Assembly: GCA_965197905.1 (NCBI GenBank)
Contig: CBDAOB010000003.1
Coordinates: forward strand, 960,001 to 1,024,000
Source of the DNA: Candidatus Latescibacterota bacterium
GTDB lineage: Bacteria > Latescibacterota > UBA2968 > UBA8231
Length of the DNA: 64,000 bases
Reading direction: 5' to 3'
The position numbers and the translations under genes were made by a program. The notes below the pieces were generated by a model. It did no database searches. It was not told where the DNA came from and saw only the letters and a program-made list of their open reading frames with translations. Numbering within the stretch: position 1 is the first letter of the stretch; every line of letters starts with the position of its first letter. Of the stretch, positions 19,410 to 29,117 are shown piece by piece.

Positions 19410-19545
19410 CCGGGCGACGCCCGCATCACGTATGACGGTTGCAGGCGCAAAAATTTGCCGGATTGTTTTTCGCGCGTCGATCTTCAAACGAATCAACAAG
19501 TGCTTCGACTACTTCTCTGACAGCGTGATCGATCGTTCCAGAGAT

Positions 19546-19881
19546 CTATGGTCGGGCGGAGACATTTGCTGTGTAAGCCGAGGCGGCTAATCTGACCGCC
19601 GGCCTTCGCTTTTCGACTCGATATTGATATACTGCCGAATTCACTTCTCGCCACGTGAAACCCACAGACCTGAGTATTCGCCGAAGTTCAACAAACGCCG
19701 TCTGCGGACTATCAAACTCGTCGTTTGTCCTTGCGCGAAGGTCGCGGGAAGTGCAATCTTTCGACCTAACGACCTCGTGAGCCTCAGCACGGTACACTCC
19801 GGGCGAAACCTCCTGGAGGAGAAAACGTAGTTGCAGCATTTCGGATTCTTCCGCTATGGCCCTGGCTGATTCCAGGCACAT
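19546..19881 (-). CDS. Hypothetical protein
   Basis: Plausible ORF in otherwise unassigned DNA; no recognised motif. Confidence 0.3.
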   Translation of the reverse strand: MCLESARAIAEESEMLQLRFLLQEVSPGVYRAEAHEVVRSKDCTSRDLRARTNDEFDSPQTAFVELRRILRSVGFTWREVNSAVYQYRVEKRRPAVRLAASAYTANVSARP

Positions 19882-20245
19882 ATTGTTTTTCGGCTAGAAT
19901 CACGAAAAACTTCACAAAAAGCCGCATTACCTCACGACCATCAGTTCGTCTCCGGATTGACTCGCTCAATCGCCCGCCTTCCCTTCGCCGTCGGTGCCAA
20001 GCTGAACGTCATGTCCTTGCCCTCGCCGGTTTTCCCAGACCAAGGTTGCCGTACTCCAGTTCCCTCAGCACAGAATCAATGAACCGTACCCGGTTAAACA
20101 TCTCGGTTCCCTCTCGGGTCCAAAGATGAGACGAGCACCGTCGATACGTGGAGGATCTGCCCCATGATATGGCACACACCGAAGGAAATCTCTCTGCTTA
20201 TCCTGGCTGCCCGGTACTGACGTATTATAAAGAAGGTTGCGAGCA

Positions 20246-20701
20246 ATGAATCATCTGATCAGTAGGCTGGTGCCCGTTGCCCTAGTGATAGCTTCGGTGG
20301 GCACCGCGGTTCAAGTGGATGCACGTCTATTTCGCATGCGTATGGTGCCCAACGCCATCGCGCTAGGCGTCTCATGTAATATATGCCACACCGAAGGGAG
20401 GAGGGGGGGCACTCCGCGGAATTCTTTCGGTTTAGCTGTCGAAGCGCTGGTGACTTCCAATGGCAGGGAAGTGTTCTGGGGTCCTGAATTGGCGGCCCTG
20501 GATTCGGACGGAGACGGGGTGTCAAACGGGGTGGAACTAGGCGACCCGGAAGGAACTTGGAGTGCCGGGGACGACGCCCCAGAAGGCGAGATAACGCATC
20601 CGGGCGATCCGGACAGCTTTGTTCGTGCCGCAGTGGACACCGCCGTTGAGGATTTGTCCTGGGCAATGGTGAAGTCCGTCGTGCGACATCTGGTGGAATA
20701 A
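20246..20701 (+). CDS. Small secreted CxxCH protein with temptin-like Ca-binding core
   Basis: Signal peptide, CNICH, GGTPRNSFG, DSDGDGVSNGVELGDP, C-terminal TAVEDLSWAMVK. Confidence 0.75.
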   Translation: MNHLISRLVPVALVIASVGTAVQVDARLFRMRMVPNAIALGVSCNICHTEGRRGGTPRNSFGLAVEALVTSNGREVFWGPELAALDSDGDGVSNGVELGDPEGTWSAGDDAPEGEITHPGDPDSFVRAAVDTAVEDLSWAMVKSVVRHLVE

Positions 20702-20727
20702 CTCAGACCTACATAGTTGAGTTCCAA

Positions 20728-20804
20728 AGCTACCGTTCGCCGTGCCCGAACTGCGAAGCAGTTGGCGAATGCCAATGCGCGAAGCAGGCACGGGTGTGTT
20801 ATGA
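20728..20804 (-). mobile_element. Degenerate attC-like site
   Basis: Minus strand TCATAAC-ACACC-CGTGCC...GGGCACG-GCGAAC-GGTAGCT with an internal AACTGC-TTC-GCAGTT hairpin. Confidence 0.5.
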
Positions 20805-20906
20805 GAAGCGTCAACTTTCGATTTACTTGAGCTTGGTACGGCATATGCTTTGACGTATCTTGTCCTCACTTTTTGGCATCGGGCCCGAAAATCGAAGGTT
20901 CATAAA

Positions 20907-20999
20907 TCAGCGCCCCAAGGCATAACATATCGTTACCTCTGTACCTTTTCCTACCTGACTCTCCATCCGGATCTCTCCCTGGTGCTCCTGGATCAACCG
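20907..20999 (-). pseudogene. C-terminal fragment of a histidine kinase HATPase domain
   Basis: Manual translation RLIQEHQGEIRMESQVGKGTEVTICYALGR*. Confidence 0.65.
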
Positions 21000-21307
21000 A
21001 TCTCAGCTTGCAGCGCCCCAGTTTTCACTTCGTTGACAGTGCAGAGGCACACCCGGGTAGACAAGCCCGGCAATCACCTGCGGATTCCGATGGGCACGTG
21101 GCGCCAACTTCCCACCAGACCTATTCTTGGCACAATCTTCTTGTAATATGCAACGACTCCGCGAGCCCAACGCCGCCGCGTCCTTGGTTGCCGAACATCG
21201 GCTCATGCGGTTTTTCGTGGACTAGCCATGACGGATTAGTACGTGCTGACGCCGAATCGGACGGTGAGTTGCTTTCGCAGAAAAGCGATAACTCTGAGGG
21301 AAGTCTT

Positions 21308-22825
21308 GTGATCGGATCACCTCTTCACATCTCTCTGCAACAACTCACCAACTGCATTAGCCGGATCACTAACCCACCGCATGGACGTGCGGGTTCGTTG
21401 CGCGAACTGGCCGGGAAAGTTGTCCGCGATCTGAACGAAACGTTGCGCGATGAGGGAAGCGGAGAGTCGACGGCTGCGCTTGTACGCTTTTTCATGACCA
21501 TCGAGCACGAGAGTCTCGACGACTCGGTGTCGAGTTTCATCGCCGAGCGATTCCCGGGTCTTACGCCCCAGCCAGAGACCAAATGTCTCACCCTCATGGG
21601 AACCGTCGGCGACGAGTTGGACTGGTGCGACATTGAAAGATCCAAGGGGCATCGCTCGGTTCCGCTGATAAGCGAGGAGTGGGTGAATCAGATCCCCATG
21701 ATCGCTCGTCTCGTGTTGGAACTGGGTTTGAAGATTCAACAGGTCATGGCGCCTGCCGCAGACCAAACGATGGAGAAAGAGAAGCAGGACTTTCGCGTCT
21801 TTCACATCGAGGAAGCACTCAACAGTGAGTACATACCGGACCAGAAGTTCGTGGTGTCCCACGGGATCCGTTCGGTCCTGGGTTTCGGGGGCATGCTGCC
21901 CACTGGTCACCTGTTTGTCGTGATCGTGTTCTCGAAGGCGAGAATTTCGCTGGAGACAGCGCTTCTATTCCGTACGGTCGCCCTGGGCGTTCGGATGATG
22001 ATGCTTCCCCTCTTGAAGAAGAAGATCCTCGCCGGGGAGAAGGGGGTCTTCGAAGAGGTTGAGAGTCTGCAAGCAGTTACCAAGGCCCAGGCACAGCTGC
22101 TGGAGGTGTTCCGCACCACCGTGATCGAGCAGTCCGGCAAGTTGGATCAGACCCTGACGGAGCTGCAAACGACGAACACCGACCTCCGCGCCACTCTTGA
22201 CGAGCTGAAGGATGCCCAGTCACGGCTTGTCGATTTCGAGGCAAAGCTCGTATCGAAGTATGCGGTTGAGAAGCTCCGAGATCCCTCTACCTACAAGGTT
22301 GCCTTCATAGTGGGGACCTTGATCAATCTCTTCGGTCATATCCTGGTTCCGCTCTTGCGAGACCGCCCGAGTGTGGGGGAAGCGTTTATCAGCGAACTGC
22401 AGGCTCGTCCCGCACTTGCCGCGATTTCAATCGCCGTCGCCTACCTGTTTCCCATCATCGTCCAGGTCCATTCGGCAGTGACGGGCCGTCTCCGCGGTCA
22501 CGGGACCGAAATGCGAGCTCTGTTCGCGGACAGTACGCCGGACCCGGTGTTTCGAGCTGCCGCGGATGGCCGTATCATCGATGCCGGCGCCGGCACTCGT
22601 GCCTTGCTGACCCGCTACGACCTGGACACTGCCCAGGATGTTCTCGGCGTCGAGTTGTGGGAAAGGATCCTCGATGCGCGACGCAATGGCAGTCGACTCA
22701 AACGTGAGACGTACGTCCGCGTCGAAGCGCTCAACGATTCGTTCTTTGTGGCATACTCCGCAGCGGCTAACGGAGCGGTGAACATCTATCTCACGGCGGC
22801 CGAACCCCGGGGAACATCTTCATGA
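21308..22825 (+). CDS. Putative sensor: GAF-like domain, coiled coil, two TM helices, PAS-like domain; no output domain
   Basis: CLTLMGTVG...GHRSVPL...GIRSVLGFGGMLPTGHLFVVIVFS; heptad helix; KVAFIVGTLINL TM; FADSTPDPVFR..ADGRII; GTG start inferred. Confidence 0.7.
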   Translation: MIGSPLHISLQQLTNCISRITNPPHGRAGSLRELAGKVVRDLNETLRDEGSGESTAALVRFFMTIEHESLDDSVSSFIAERFPGLTPQPETKCLTLMGTVGDELDWCDIERSKGHRSVPLISEEWVNQIPMIARLVLELGLKIQQVMAPAADQTMEKEKQDFRVFHIEEALNSEYIPDQKFVVSHGIRSVLGFGGMLPTGHLFVVIVFSKARISLETALLFRTVALGVRMMMLPLLKKKILAGEKGVFEEVESLQAVTKAQAQLLEVFRTTVIEQSGKLDQTLTELQTTNTDLRATLDELKDAQSRLVDFEAKLVSKYAVEKLRDPSTYKVAFIVGTLINLFGHILVPLLRDRPSVGEAFISELQARPALAAISIAVAYLFPIIVQVHSAVTGRLRGHGTEMRALFADSTPDPVFRAAADGRIIDAGAGTRALLTRYDLDTAQDVLGVELWERILDARRNGSRLKRETYVRVEALNDSFFVAYSAAANGAVNIYLTAAEPRGTSS

Positions 22826-22827
22826 CG

Positions 22828-22855
22828 GCAGAACCGGTCGCCTGGAGCGGACGCC
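22828..22855 (+). mobile_element. Possible left half of an attC site
   Basis: GCAGAAC-CGGTC-GCCTGGAGCGGACGCC, 2 bp after a stop codon; no matching right half seen. Confidence 0.35.
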
Positions 22856-23351
22856 AAACCAGATCCGGTTTGTTTGACAATGCCTCAATGATATTCAGGT
22901 GCACCTTTAGTTGGATATTCGGTTCTGCTTTCAAGAGCTGCTGGAAGCGTTCCCGGCGAAGACGGAGCACTCTGCTTTTCGCTGTTTAAGGATAGTCGCG
23001 CGCAACCGGCAATGAATCCCAATTCGCCGACCGTGGTCACGGGCTTGATCTGCTCCGCTTCACCTTCGCACGTTGCCTCGATGTTGAAACTGCCCGAAGC
23101 GGGGCCGATCAAGCTGGCGAGTTCCAGAAAAATGATTTGCGCAGCTAGCATTGGTGTGGCTTTCTTATAGAAAGGTGATTGTCGCCGCTGCGTCCTCATT
23201 CAGCTCTCCGCTTTGCTGCACTGGCACGGCAAGACCACAATCGGCTGCGGCACCTTCTTCGAAGTCGTTATTAAGTTACAACGGCTTTGCTACCCATTCC
23301 ACCACAGATACTGATCATCGATTCGCCTGGGCGCGAAAGGATGCCGTCGTG

Positions 23352-25349
23352 ATGGGAATACCCACATCGGACAGAATGCTGGAATACCGCCTGGCCACCG
23401 AGGAAAAGAAGCGGCTAAGGGGTTATCAGCTTGTTTGGTTTATGCTGAAGCGAGGCGCGATCAGCCTGCACTGGTATTGCTCCGCCACCCTCGTCGCGCT
23501 CGTCGATGTGGTAATTCAATTCCCACGCCCGATTCCCAGCGCGATCATCATTGGCAGCATCTTGCCACTGGTAGTGGACCTGGAAGAGAGCAGTTACGCG
23601 CTGATCACCGTATGCCTGGTCTGGCTTCTCCTCGAAGTCAGCAAAGTGATCGTAGTAGTAGTGTACGAGTATCTGTCCACCGAAGGTTCGTTCAATCTGA
23701 TGTACGACCTGCGGCGGCGGTTTCTGGGCGATATGGAGGAGATGAACGAAGAGTCGAAGGAGTCACTGGGACTCGGACGGCTGTATACCACCTATAGCAG
23801 CGACCTGCCCGCCTACAGCAAATTCTACAGAGACTTCCTACCCCGCCTCATCACCTATTTCATCAGTATCGTCGCCACCTTTGCGGTGATCTACTTCATG
23901 TCGTCGGCGATATTCACGTTGTTGCTTCTGGTTATTCCACTCCAGGTGTTTGTCATGTCCTTCTTTCGATCCCGCATTCGCAGCAATCGTCGGAAGCACA
24001 GTCGACTGCGGGACGAGGCCATGTCCATGTTCAACGAGTCGCTGGCGAATGCGGATCTGATCAAATCGTTCGATGCGGTAGAGCGCATGACTGGGCGGAC
24101 GTTAGAAACGGTAGAGGGGATGATCACCCAGCAACGCAAGAACCGAAACTATCGGAATGCCTGGATTGCCTGCAGCAGTGCCGTTTCCATTACTTTCACC
24201 ATCGGCATCGCCCTCATCGCCGGGCTCCAGGTGATCGAAGGGGCCATCTCCTTGACCTTTTACATCGTCATCAACGCCTACGCCGAGAGGGTGCTCCGTC
24301 CGATCCTGGCCCTGATCCAGTTGGGGCAGGATATCATCCCACTAATAGTGAGCGTGCAGTGGAGCGAGGAGTTCTTCGACGCGGCCGAGAGTGTGCAAAG
24401 CGGCGTGCGCGCCAAGCAACTTCCGATAACGAGTCATGAAATCGAATTTAGAAACGTTACCTTTCGCTATCCGGATACGCCGGACTCAGCCCGCCCCGCG
24501 CTTGAGGATGTTTCCTTTCGCGTGTCTCCCGGTGAGATGACGGTACTGTGTGGGGCCAGTGGCTGCGGCAAATCGACGGTGTTAAAGTTGCTACGGGGTA
24601 ACTTGGAAGCCCGTGAAGGTGTGGTGCTGTTGGGCGGTACGGACGTACTCGAGATAGAACGCAAGAATCTCTCCCTGTTGATGGCCTATATGTCCCAGAA
24701 AATCTCTCTTTTGTCCATGTCCCTCCTACAGAACGCCGAGTTGCTTTCTCCCGAGTCCAACGAGGAAGACCTGCGGAAGTCACTGCGCATGGCCAAGGTG
24801 CTGGAGGAGATCGACGCCATGGAACAGGAGGTCCGAGTCTCCACCAGCGACGTTCGCGCCAGTCCGGCGCAAAGACTGGGCCGCTTGCTGTTTGGATTCG
24901 AGCCACGGCGGGTCGGACTCATGGAGCGCCGCGAGGGACTGGACCGGTTGGCGGGTCTTTCGGGAAATCTCTCCGGCGGACAGCAACAGCGAGTAAGTAT
25001 CGGATTCGCCCTTTTGACCCGCTGTCCGATTTTGCTGTTCGACGAACCAACCAGCGGCCTGGACAAATTTTCTGAGAACGAACTGGTGGACACCATCGCT
25101 GGTCTGGCCCAACAGGACCGCACGGTGGTCGTAGTGGGACACACGCTGGCACCGTACTTTGCCCTGCCCGATGACAAGGTGTTCTTCGTGTTTTTGCACA
25201 ACGGACGCCTCGTCGGTGCCGGACATCGGCGGGAGCTGTTGAAAACCTGCCCTGAGTTCAGGGCACTGGCCCTCGAGAACGTCCGTCACGTTCTGGCCCT
25301 ACAATCCGTTGATCTGGATCACATGCGCTTTGCAGAGGATCAATTATGA
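23352..25349 (+). CDS. ABC exporter, fused TMD and ATPase
   Basis: TM domain, GASGCGKST, LSGGQQQR, LLFDEPTSGLD; start uncertain. Confidence 0.88.
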   Translation: MGIPTSDRMLEYRLATEEKKRLRGYQLVWFMLKRGAISLHWYCSATLVALVDVVIQFPRPIPSAIIIGSILPLVVDLEESSYALITVCLVWLLLEVSKVIVVVVYEYLSTEGSFNLMYDLRRRFLGDMEEMNEESKESLGLGRLYTTYSSDLPAYSKFYRDFLPRLITYFISIVATFAVIYFMSSAIFTLLLLVIPLQVFVMSFFRSRIRSNRRKHSRLRDEAMSMFNESLANADLIKSFDAVERMTGRTLETVEGMITQQRKNRNYRNAWIACSSAVSITFTIGIALIAGLQVIEGAISLTFYIVINAYAERVLRPILALIQLGQDIIPLIVSVQWSEEFFDAAESVQSGVRAKQLPITSHEIEFRNVTFRYPDTPDSARPALEDVSFRVSPGEMTVLCGASGCGKSTVLKLLRGNLEAREGVVLLGGTDVLEIERKNLSLLMAYMSQKISLLSMSLLQNAELLSPESNEEDLRKSLRMAKVLEEIDAMEQEVRVSTSDVRASPAQRLGRLLFGFEPRRVGLMERREGLDRLAGLSGNLSGGQQQRVSIGFALLTRCPILLFDEPTSGLDKFSENELVDTIAGLAQQDRTVVVVGHTLAPYFALPDDKVFFVFLHNGRLVGAGHRRELLKTCPEFRALALENVRHVLALQSVDLDHMRFAEDQL

Positions 25350-25620
25350 ACGAGATCCGCGTCCTTGCAAAATTGGCGGATGAGGCACGACAGAATCCGC
25401 GAACGTGCGGTTCTCACCCAGCGCGGCAGCCGCTATCTATGCTGTTGACAAACAATGATGCCCTGAGGGTTCCTGGAAAATCTGGGTATTGTTGGAAAGA
25501 TCTGATTGTTCGTGACAATATTACTCTGGCAATACCGACGGGCCTCGTGAACCTGTGACGTAACGTGGATCCGTCCGCACGGGGCGCAGATGATCGAGCT
25601 TCTCAACAGAAGCGGGAGCA

Positions 25621-25662
25621 ACGAAAAGTGGGCGAGGGATAAGCCCCCCGTCCACTTTTCGT
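25621..25662. terminator. Probable bidirectional rho-independent terminator
   Basis: acgaaaagtgg...ccacttttcgt inverted repeat between convergent ABC exporter and groEL. Confidence 0.75.
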
Positions 25663-25681
25663 TTACAGACTTCGTCGGGCA

Positions 25682-27301
25682 CTAATGGGGATGCCCGTGT
25701 CCGCCTGGAGCTTCTGTTTCTTCAGGCTCTTCGGTTACCATAGCTTCGGTGGTCAACAGCAAAGCAGCGATACTGGCGGCATTGCTGAGTGCGGTGTGGA
25801 CGACCTTTGTCGGGTCGATAACGCCCATTTTCACCAGATCTCCGTACTCTTCAGTGGCGGCATTGTAGCCGTACGCAGCGGTCTTCTTTGCCGCGACGTT
25901 TTCGACGACAACGGCACCTTCTTTGCCGGCGTTTGCGGCGATCTGACGCAAAGGCTCTTCGAGTGCTCGGCGGATGATTTTGATGCCCGTGGTCTCGCCA
26001 TCCGTAGCACCCTTCAAGGTGTCCAGCGCAGTTGTGGCGCGAATCAAGGAAACTCCGCCGCCCGGAACGATGCCCTCCTCCACGGCGGCCCGCGTTGCGT
26101 GCAGTGCATCTTCCACGCGGGCCTTCTTTTCTTTCATTTCCGTTTCGGTGGCCGCCCCCACGCGAATTACCGCGACCCCACCGGCCAGTTTGGCCAGGCG
26201 CTCCTGCAGCTTTTCGCGATCGTAGTCCGAGGTCGTCTCTTCGATCTGGTTCCTGATCTGGTCGACGCGTCCTTTGATGTCGGCGGCCTTTCCTCCCCCT
26301 TCGATAATCGTCGTGTCTTCCTTTCCGATCACGACTCGCTTGGCGCTACCGAGGTCGGAAAGCTGTACGCTTTCCAGCGTGATGCCGAGGTCTTCCGTAA
26401 TGACCGCTCCTCCGGTCAGCATGGCGATGTCCTGCAGCATTTCCTTGCGGCGATCACCGTAGCCGGGGGCCTTGACCGCGGCAATTTGCAGCGTGCCGCG
26501 AATCTTGTTGACCACCACAGTAGCCAGTGCTTCGCCTTCCACGTCTTCTGCAATAATCAACAGCGGCTTGCTGGACTTGGAGACCTTCTCCAAAAGCGGC
26601 AGGAGATCCTTCAGATCCGAAATCTTCTTTTCGTGGATGAGCAGGTAGGCGTCTTCCAAGGCCACTTCCATGCTTTCCTGATCCGTCACGAAGTACGGGG
26701 ACAGATAACCTTTATCGAATTGCATACCCTCGACGACGTCGAGGGTGGTTTCGATGCTTTTGGCTTCCTCGACCGTAATGGTGCCGTCTTTGCCGACCTT
26801 GTCCATCGCGTCGGCAATGATCTCGCCAATCGAGGTGTCGTCATTGGCAGAAATCGTACCTACCTGCGCCACTTCGCTGTGCTCCTTCACCGACTTGCTT
26901 TGTTTGGCGAGTTTCTCGACAACGACGTTGACCGACTTCTCTATGCCGCGCTTTATTTCCATCGGCGAGAAACCTGAGGTTACCGCCTTTATTCCTTCGG
27001 AGTATATCGCTTCAGCGAGCACAATGGCTGTGGTGGTCCCATCGCCGGCCACGTCGCTGGTCTTGGAAGCGACCTCTTTTACCATCTGCGCGCCCATGTT
27101 CTCGTTCTTATCGGGGAGTTCGATCTCCTTGGCCACCGTGACGCCATCTTTGGTCACGGTAGGCGAACCCCAACTCTTGGCCAAAACGACGGTGCGACCG
27201 CGGGGCCCAAGAGTGACTTTCACCGCTTTACTGAGCTGCTGCACTCCGGAGAGTATCTTCGCGCGCGCTTCCTCTCGGAACGCGATTTGTTTGGCTGCCA
27301 T
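25682..27301 (-). CDS. groL: Chaperonin GroEL
   Basis: [41 protein letters not shown]. Confidence 0.99.
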   Translation of the reverse strand: MAAKQIAFREEARAKILSGVQQLSKAVKVTLGPRGRTVVLAKSWGSPTVTKDGVTVAKEIELPDKNENMGAQMVKEVASKTSDVAGDGTTTAIVLAEAIYSEGIKAVTSGFSPMEIKRGIEKSVNVVVEKLAKQSKSVKEHSEVAQVGTISANDDTSIGEIIADAMDKVGKDGTITVEEAKSIETTLDVVEGMQFDKGYLSPYFVTDQESMEVALEDAYLLIHEKKISDLKDLLPLLEKVSKSSKPLLIIAEDVEGEALATVVVNKIRGTLQIAAVKAPGYGDRRKEMLQDIAMLTGGAVITEDLGITLESVQLSDLGSAKRVVIGKEDTTIIEGGGKAADIKGRVDQIRNQIEETTSDYDREKLQERLAKLAGGVAVIRVGAATETEMKEKKARVEDALHATRAAVEEGIVPGGGVSLIRATTALDTLKGATDGETTGIKIIRRALEEPLRQIAANAGKEGAVVVENVAAKKTAAYGYNAATEEYGDLVKMGVIDPTKVVHTALSNAASIAALLLTTEAMVTEEPEETEAPGGHGHPH

Positions 27302-27319
27302 TATTAATGTTCCTTTCCC

Positions 27320-27616
27320 TTAACCGACGATGGCGAGAACATCATCCTCGCGCATGATGAGGAACTCTTCACCTTCGATTTTTACCTCGGTACCTGAGTA
27401 CTTGCCGATAAGTATCTTGTCGCCCTTCTTCACTTCAAGTGCCACGCGCTTGCCATCATCCATCTTGCCTGGACCGACGGCGACTACCTCGGCCTCCTGA
27501 GGTTTCTCTTTGGCGGTGTCGGGAATAATAATGCCGCCAACCTGTTGCTCCTCATCCTCATCCAGACGCTTGACCAGGATGCGGTCCGCGAGTGGTTTGA
27601 TCTTGGGTTTGGCCAT
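27320..27616 (-). CDS. groS: Co-chaperonin GroES
   Basis: [32 protein letters not shown]. Confidence 0.99.
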   Translation of the reverse strand: MAKPKIKPLADRILVKRLDEDEEQQVGGIIIPDTAKEKPQEAEVVAVGPGKMDDGKRVALEVKKGDKILIGKYSGTEVKIEGEEFLIMREDDVLAIVG

Positions 27617-27775
27617 GAGATTTCTCCTCGTGTTGGGTTTGAGAAACTGCTTCCGTCAACGACAGCTTATATGGTAATTTAAATGCCGTTCCTGGTGGAA
27701 GCCGTAACGGCGATTCTGGACTGCACAGTGGTGGCCGGCGGCCCTTCGCAGGCGCATGCCGACCAGGTCCTTGAG

Positions 27776-28807
27776 CTAGACAAATTGGTCATCTGAGTCG
27801 CCACGGACAATAGTGACCTGACCCTGTTCCTCCAATTGCCGCACTTGCTGTACAATGCGCAGCTGAACTTCCTCCACTTCGCTCAGGCGCATTGGTCCCT
27901 GAAACTCCATCTCTTCTGTTATGAAGGTCCGAACACGCTCCGACATATTGCCGAGAACTTTGTCCTTGAGTTCGTCCTCGGCACTCTTGAGGGCCACTAC
28001 CAGGTCCTTCTGATCCACTTCGCGCAACAACGTCTGAAGCTCGCGATCGGTCAATTTGACGATGTCGCCAAAGACAAACATCAAATTGCGAACGGATTCG
28101 GCCACCTCTGGATCCTGGGCATCCATCTGATCGAGAACGGCCTTTTCCACACTCGAACCGGTGAGATTTAGAATATCAGCAACGACTTTGGGACCGCCGA
28201 CATCCTGGTCGCCACCGAGCATGTCTCTCAAAGATTGCTCGAGGGCTTCTTCAATTTCCTTTATCACGTTGGGGGTGATGTTCTCCATTGTGGCTAGGCG
28301 ATAAGCAACGTCAGCTTGTAAGCGCTCGGCCAGTTGCGACAGGATACCGGCAGCTTGGGCCGAGTCTAATTGCGACAGAATAAGTGCAATTGTCTGCGGA
28401 TGCTCATTCGATATAAACGGCGCAATCTGCTCTGATGCAACATTCTTCAAGATGTAAAAACCAGACGATACTTTGCTTCCTACACGTTCCATTATCTCCT
28501 GCGCCCTTCGAGGCCCAACAGCACGTTCCAGCGCCGCACGCGCAAAATCGATGCCGCCCTGAGCAATCCACCCGCCGGCCATCAAATGCTGCTCAAACTC
28601 CTCGAGAACTGTGTCGATCAGTTCAGTGGAAATGTTTTTCAGCGCGGCGATCGCTTGCGTAATCTCCTCAATTTCATAATCGCCGAGATGCTTCATGACC
28701 TCGCCGGAAACCTCTTCCCCTAAAGCAACCATCACGATACCCACCTTCTGGAGTGTGGGCAGATCAGGTTCCTCATCCTCTACAGCTTGATCAGCTTCTT
28801 CGGCCAT
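27776..28807 (-). CDS. fliG: Flagellar motor switch protein FliG
   Basis: EHPQTIALILS, GG..VADILN, MFVFGD, NMSER, GPMRLSEVE. Confidence 0.93.
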   Translation of the reverse strand: MAEEADQAVEDEEPDLPTLQKVGIVMVALGEEVSGEVMKHLGDYEIEEITQAIAALKNISTELIDTVLEEFEQHLMAGGWIAQGGIDFARAALERAVGPRRAQEIMERVGSKVSSGFYILKNVASEQIAPFISNEHPQTIALILSQLDSAQAAGILSQLAERLQADVAYRLATMENITPNVIKEIEEALEQSLRDMLGGDQDVGGPKVVADILNLTGSSVEKAVLDQMDAQDPEVAESVRNLMFVFGDIVKLTDRELQTLLREVDQKDLVVALKSAEDELKDKVLGNMSERVRTFITEEMEFQGPMRLSEVEEVQLRIVQQVRQLEEQGQVTIVRGDSDDQFV

Positions 28808-29117
28808 ATCAACGTTCTTGTAGCGTGGGATGATCTAGTAATCTTCTAATCTAGCTGAATACGAACCAGTTCACAATAGCGCCGATCCGCCTAAGTGCTG
28901 CTTCGTACTCGCACGAACATCCGAAATGGCAGTCTGAATGTATGTGTAGCGATCCGGTTTGACGGGCCAAACACCGCTGGTTTGATTCCAAGCGTCCAGA
29001 AGGCGACATCGGCCTGTTTGCTTGGATCAACAAGCGCAAGCCTGCGGCCGAAACTGGTTCGTAGTTCGGAGGCACAGTATTCGGACCGCTGGGCCTCTCT
29101 TGTGGTCAAGTCAACTC

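Noticed and set aside
19940..20200. Possible MarR-like remnant (PTAKGRRAIE) on the minus strand
   Set aside because: Too short and frame-broken to support.
20920..20937. attI-like GGTAAC-GATAT-GTTATGC on the minus strand
   Set aside because: It encodes EVTICY within the kinase remnant, and no intI is adjacent.
22885..23199. 104-aa minus-strand ORF
   Set aside because: No motif or convincing start; treated as spurious.
25685..26977. 430-aa plus-strand ORF
   Set aside because: Antisense shadow of groEL.
27617..27775. CIRCE operator upstream of groES
   Set aside because: No TTAGCACTC-N9-GAGTGCTAA match seen.
29016..29036. Minus-strand RLLIQAN resembling the pre-Walker-A strand of the HerA relic
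   Set aside because: Only 7 aa, no GxxGKS follows, and it lies on the wrong side of the fragment; may be chance.
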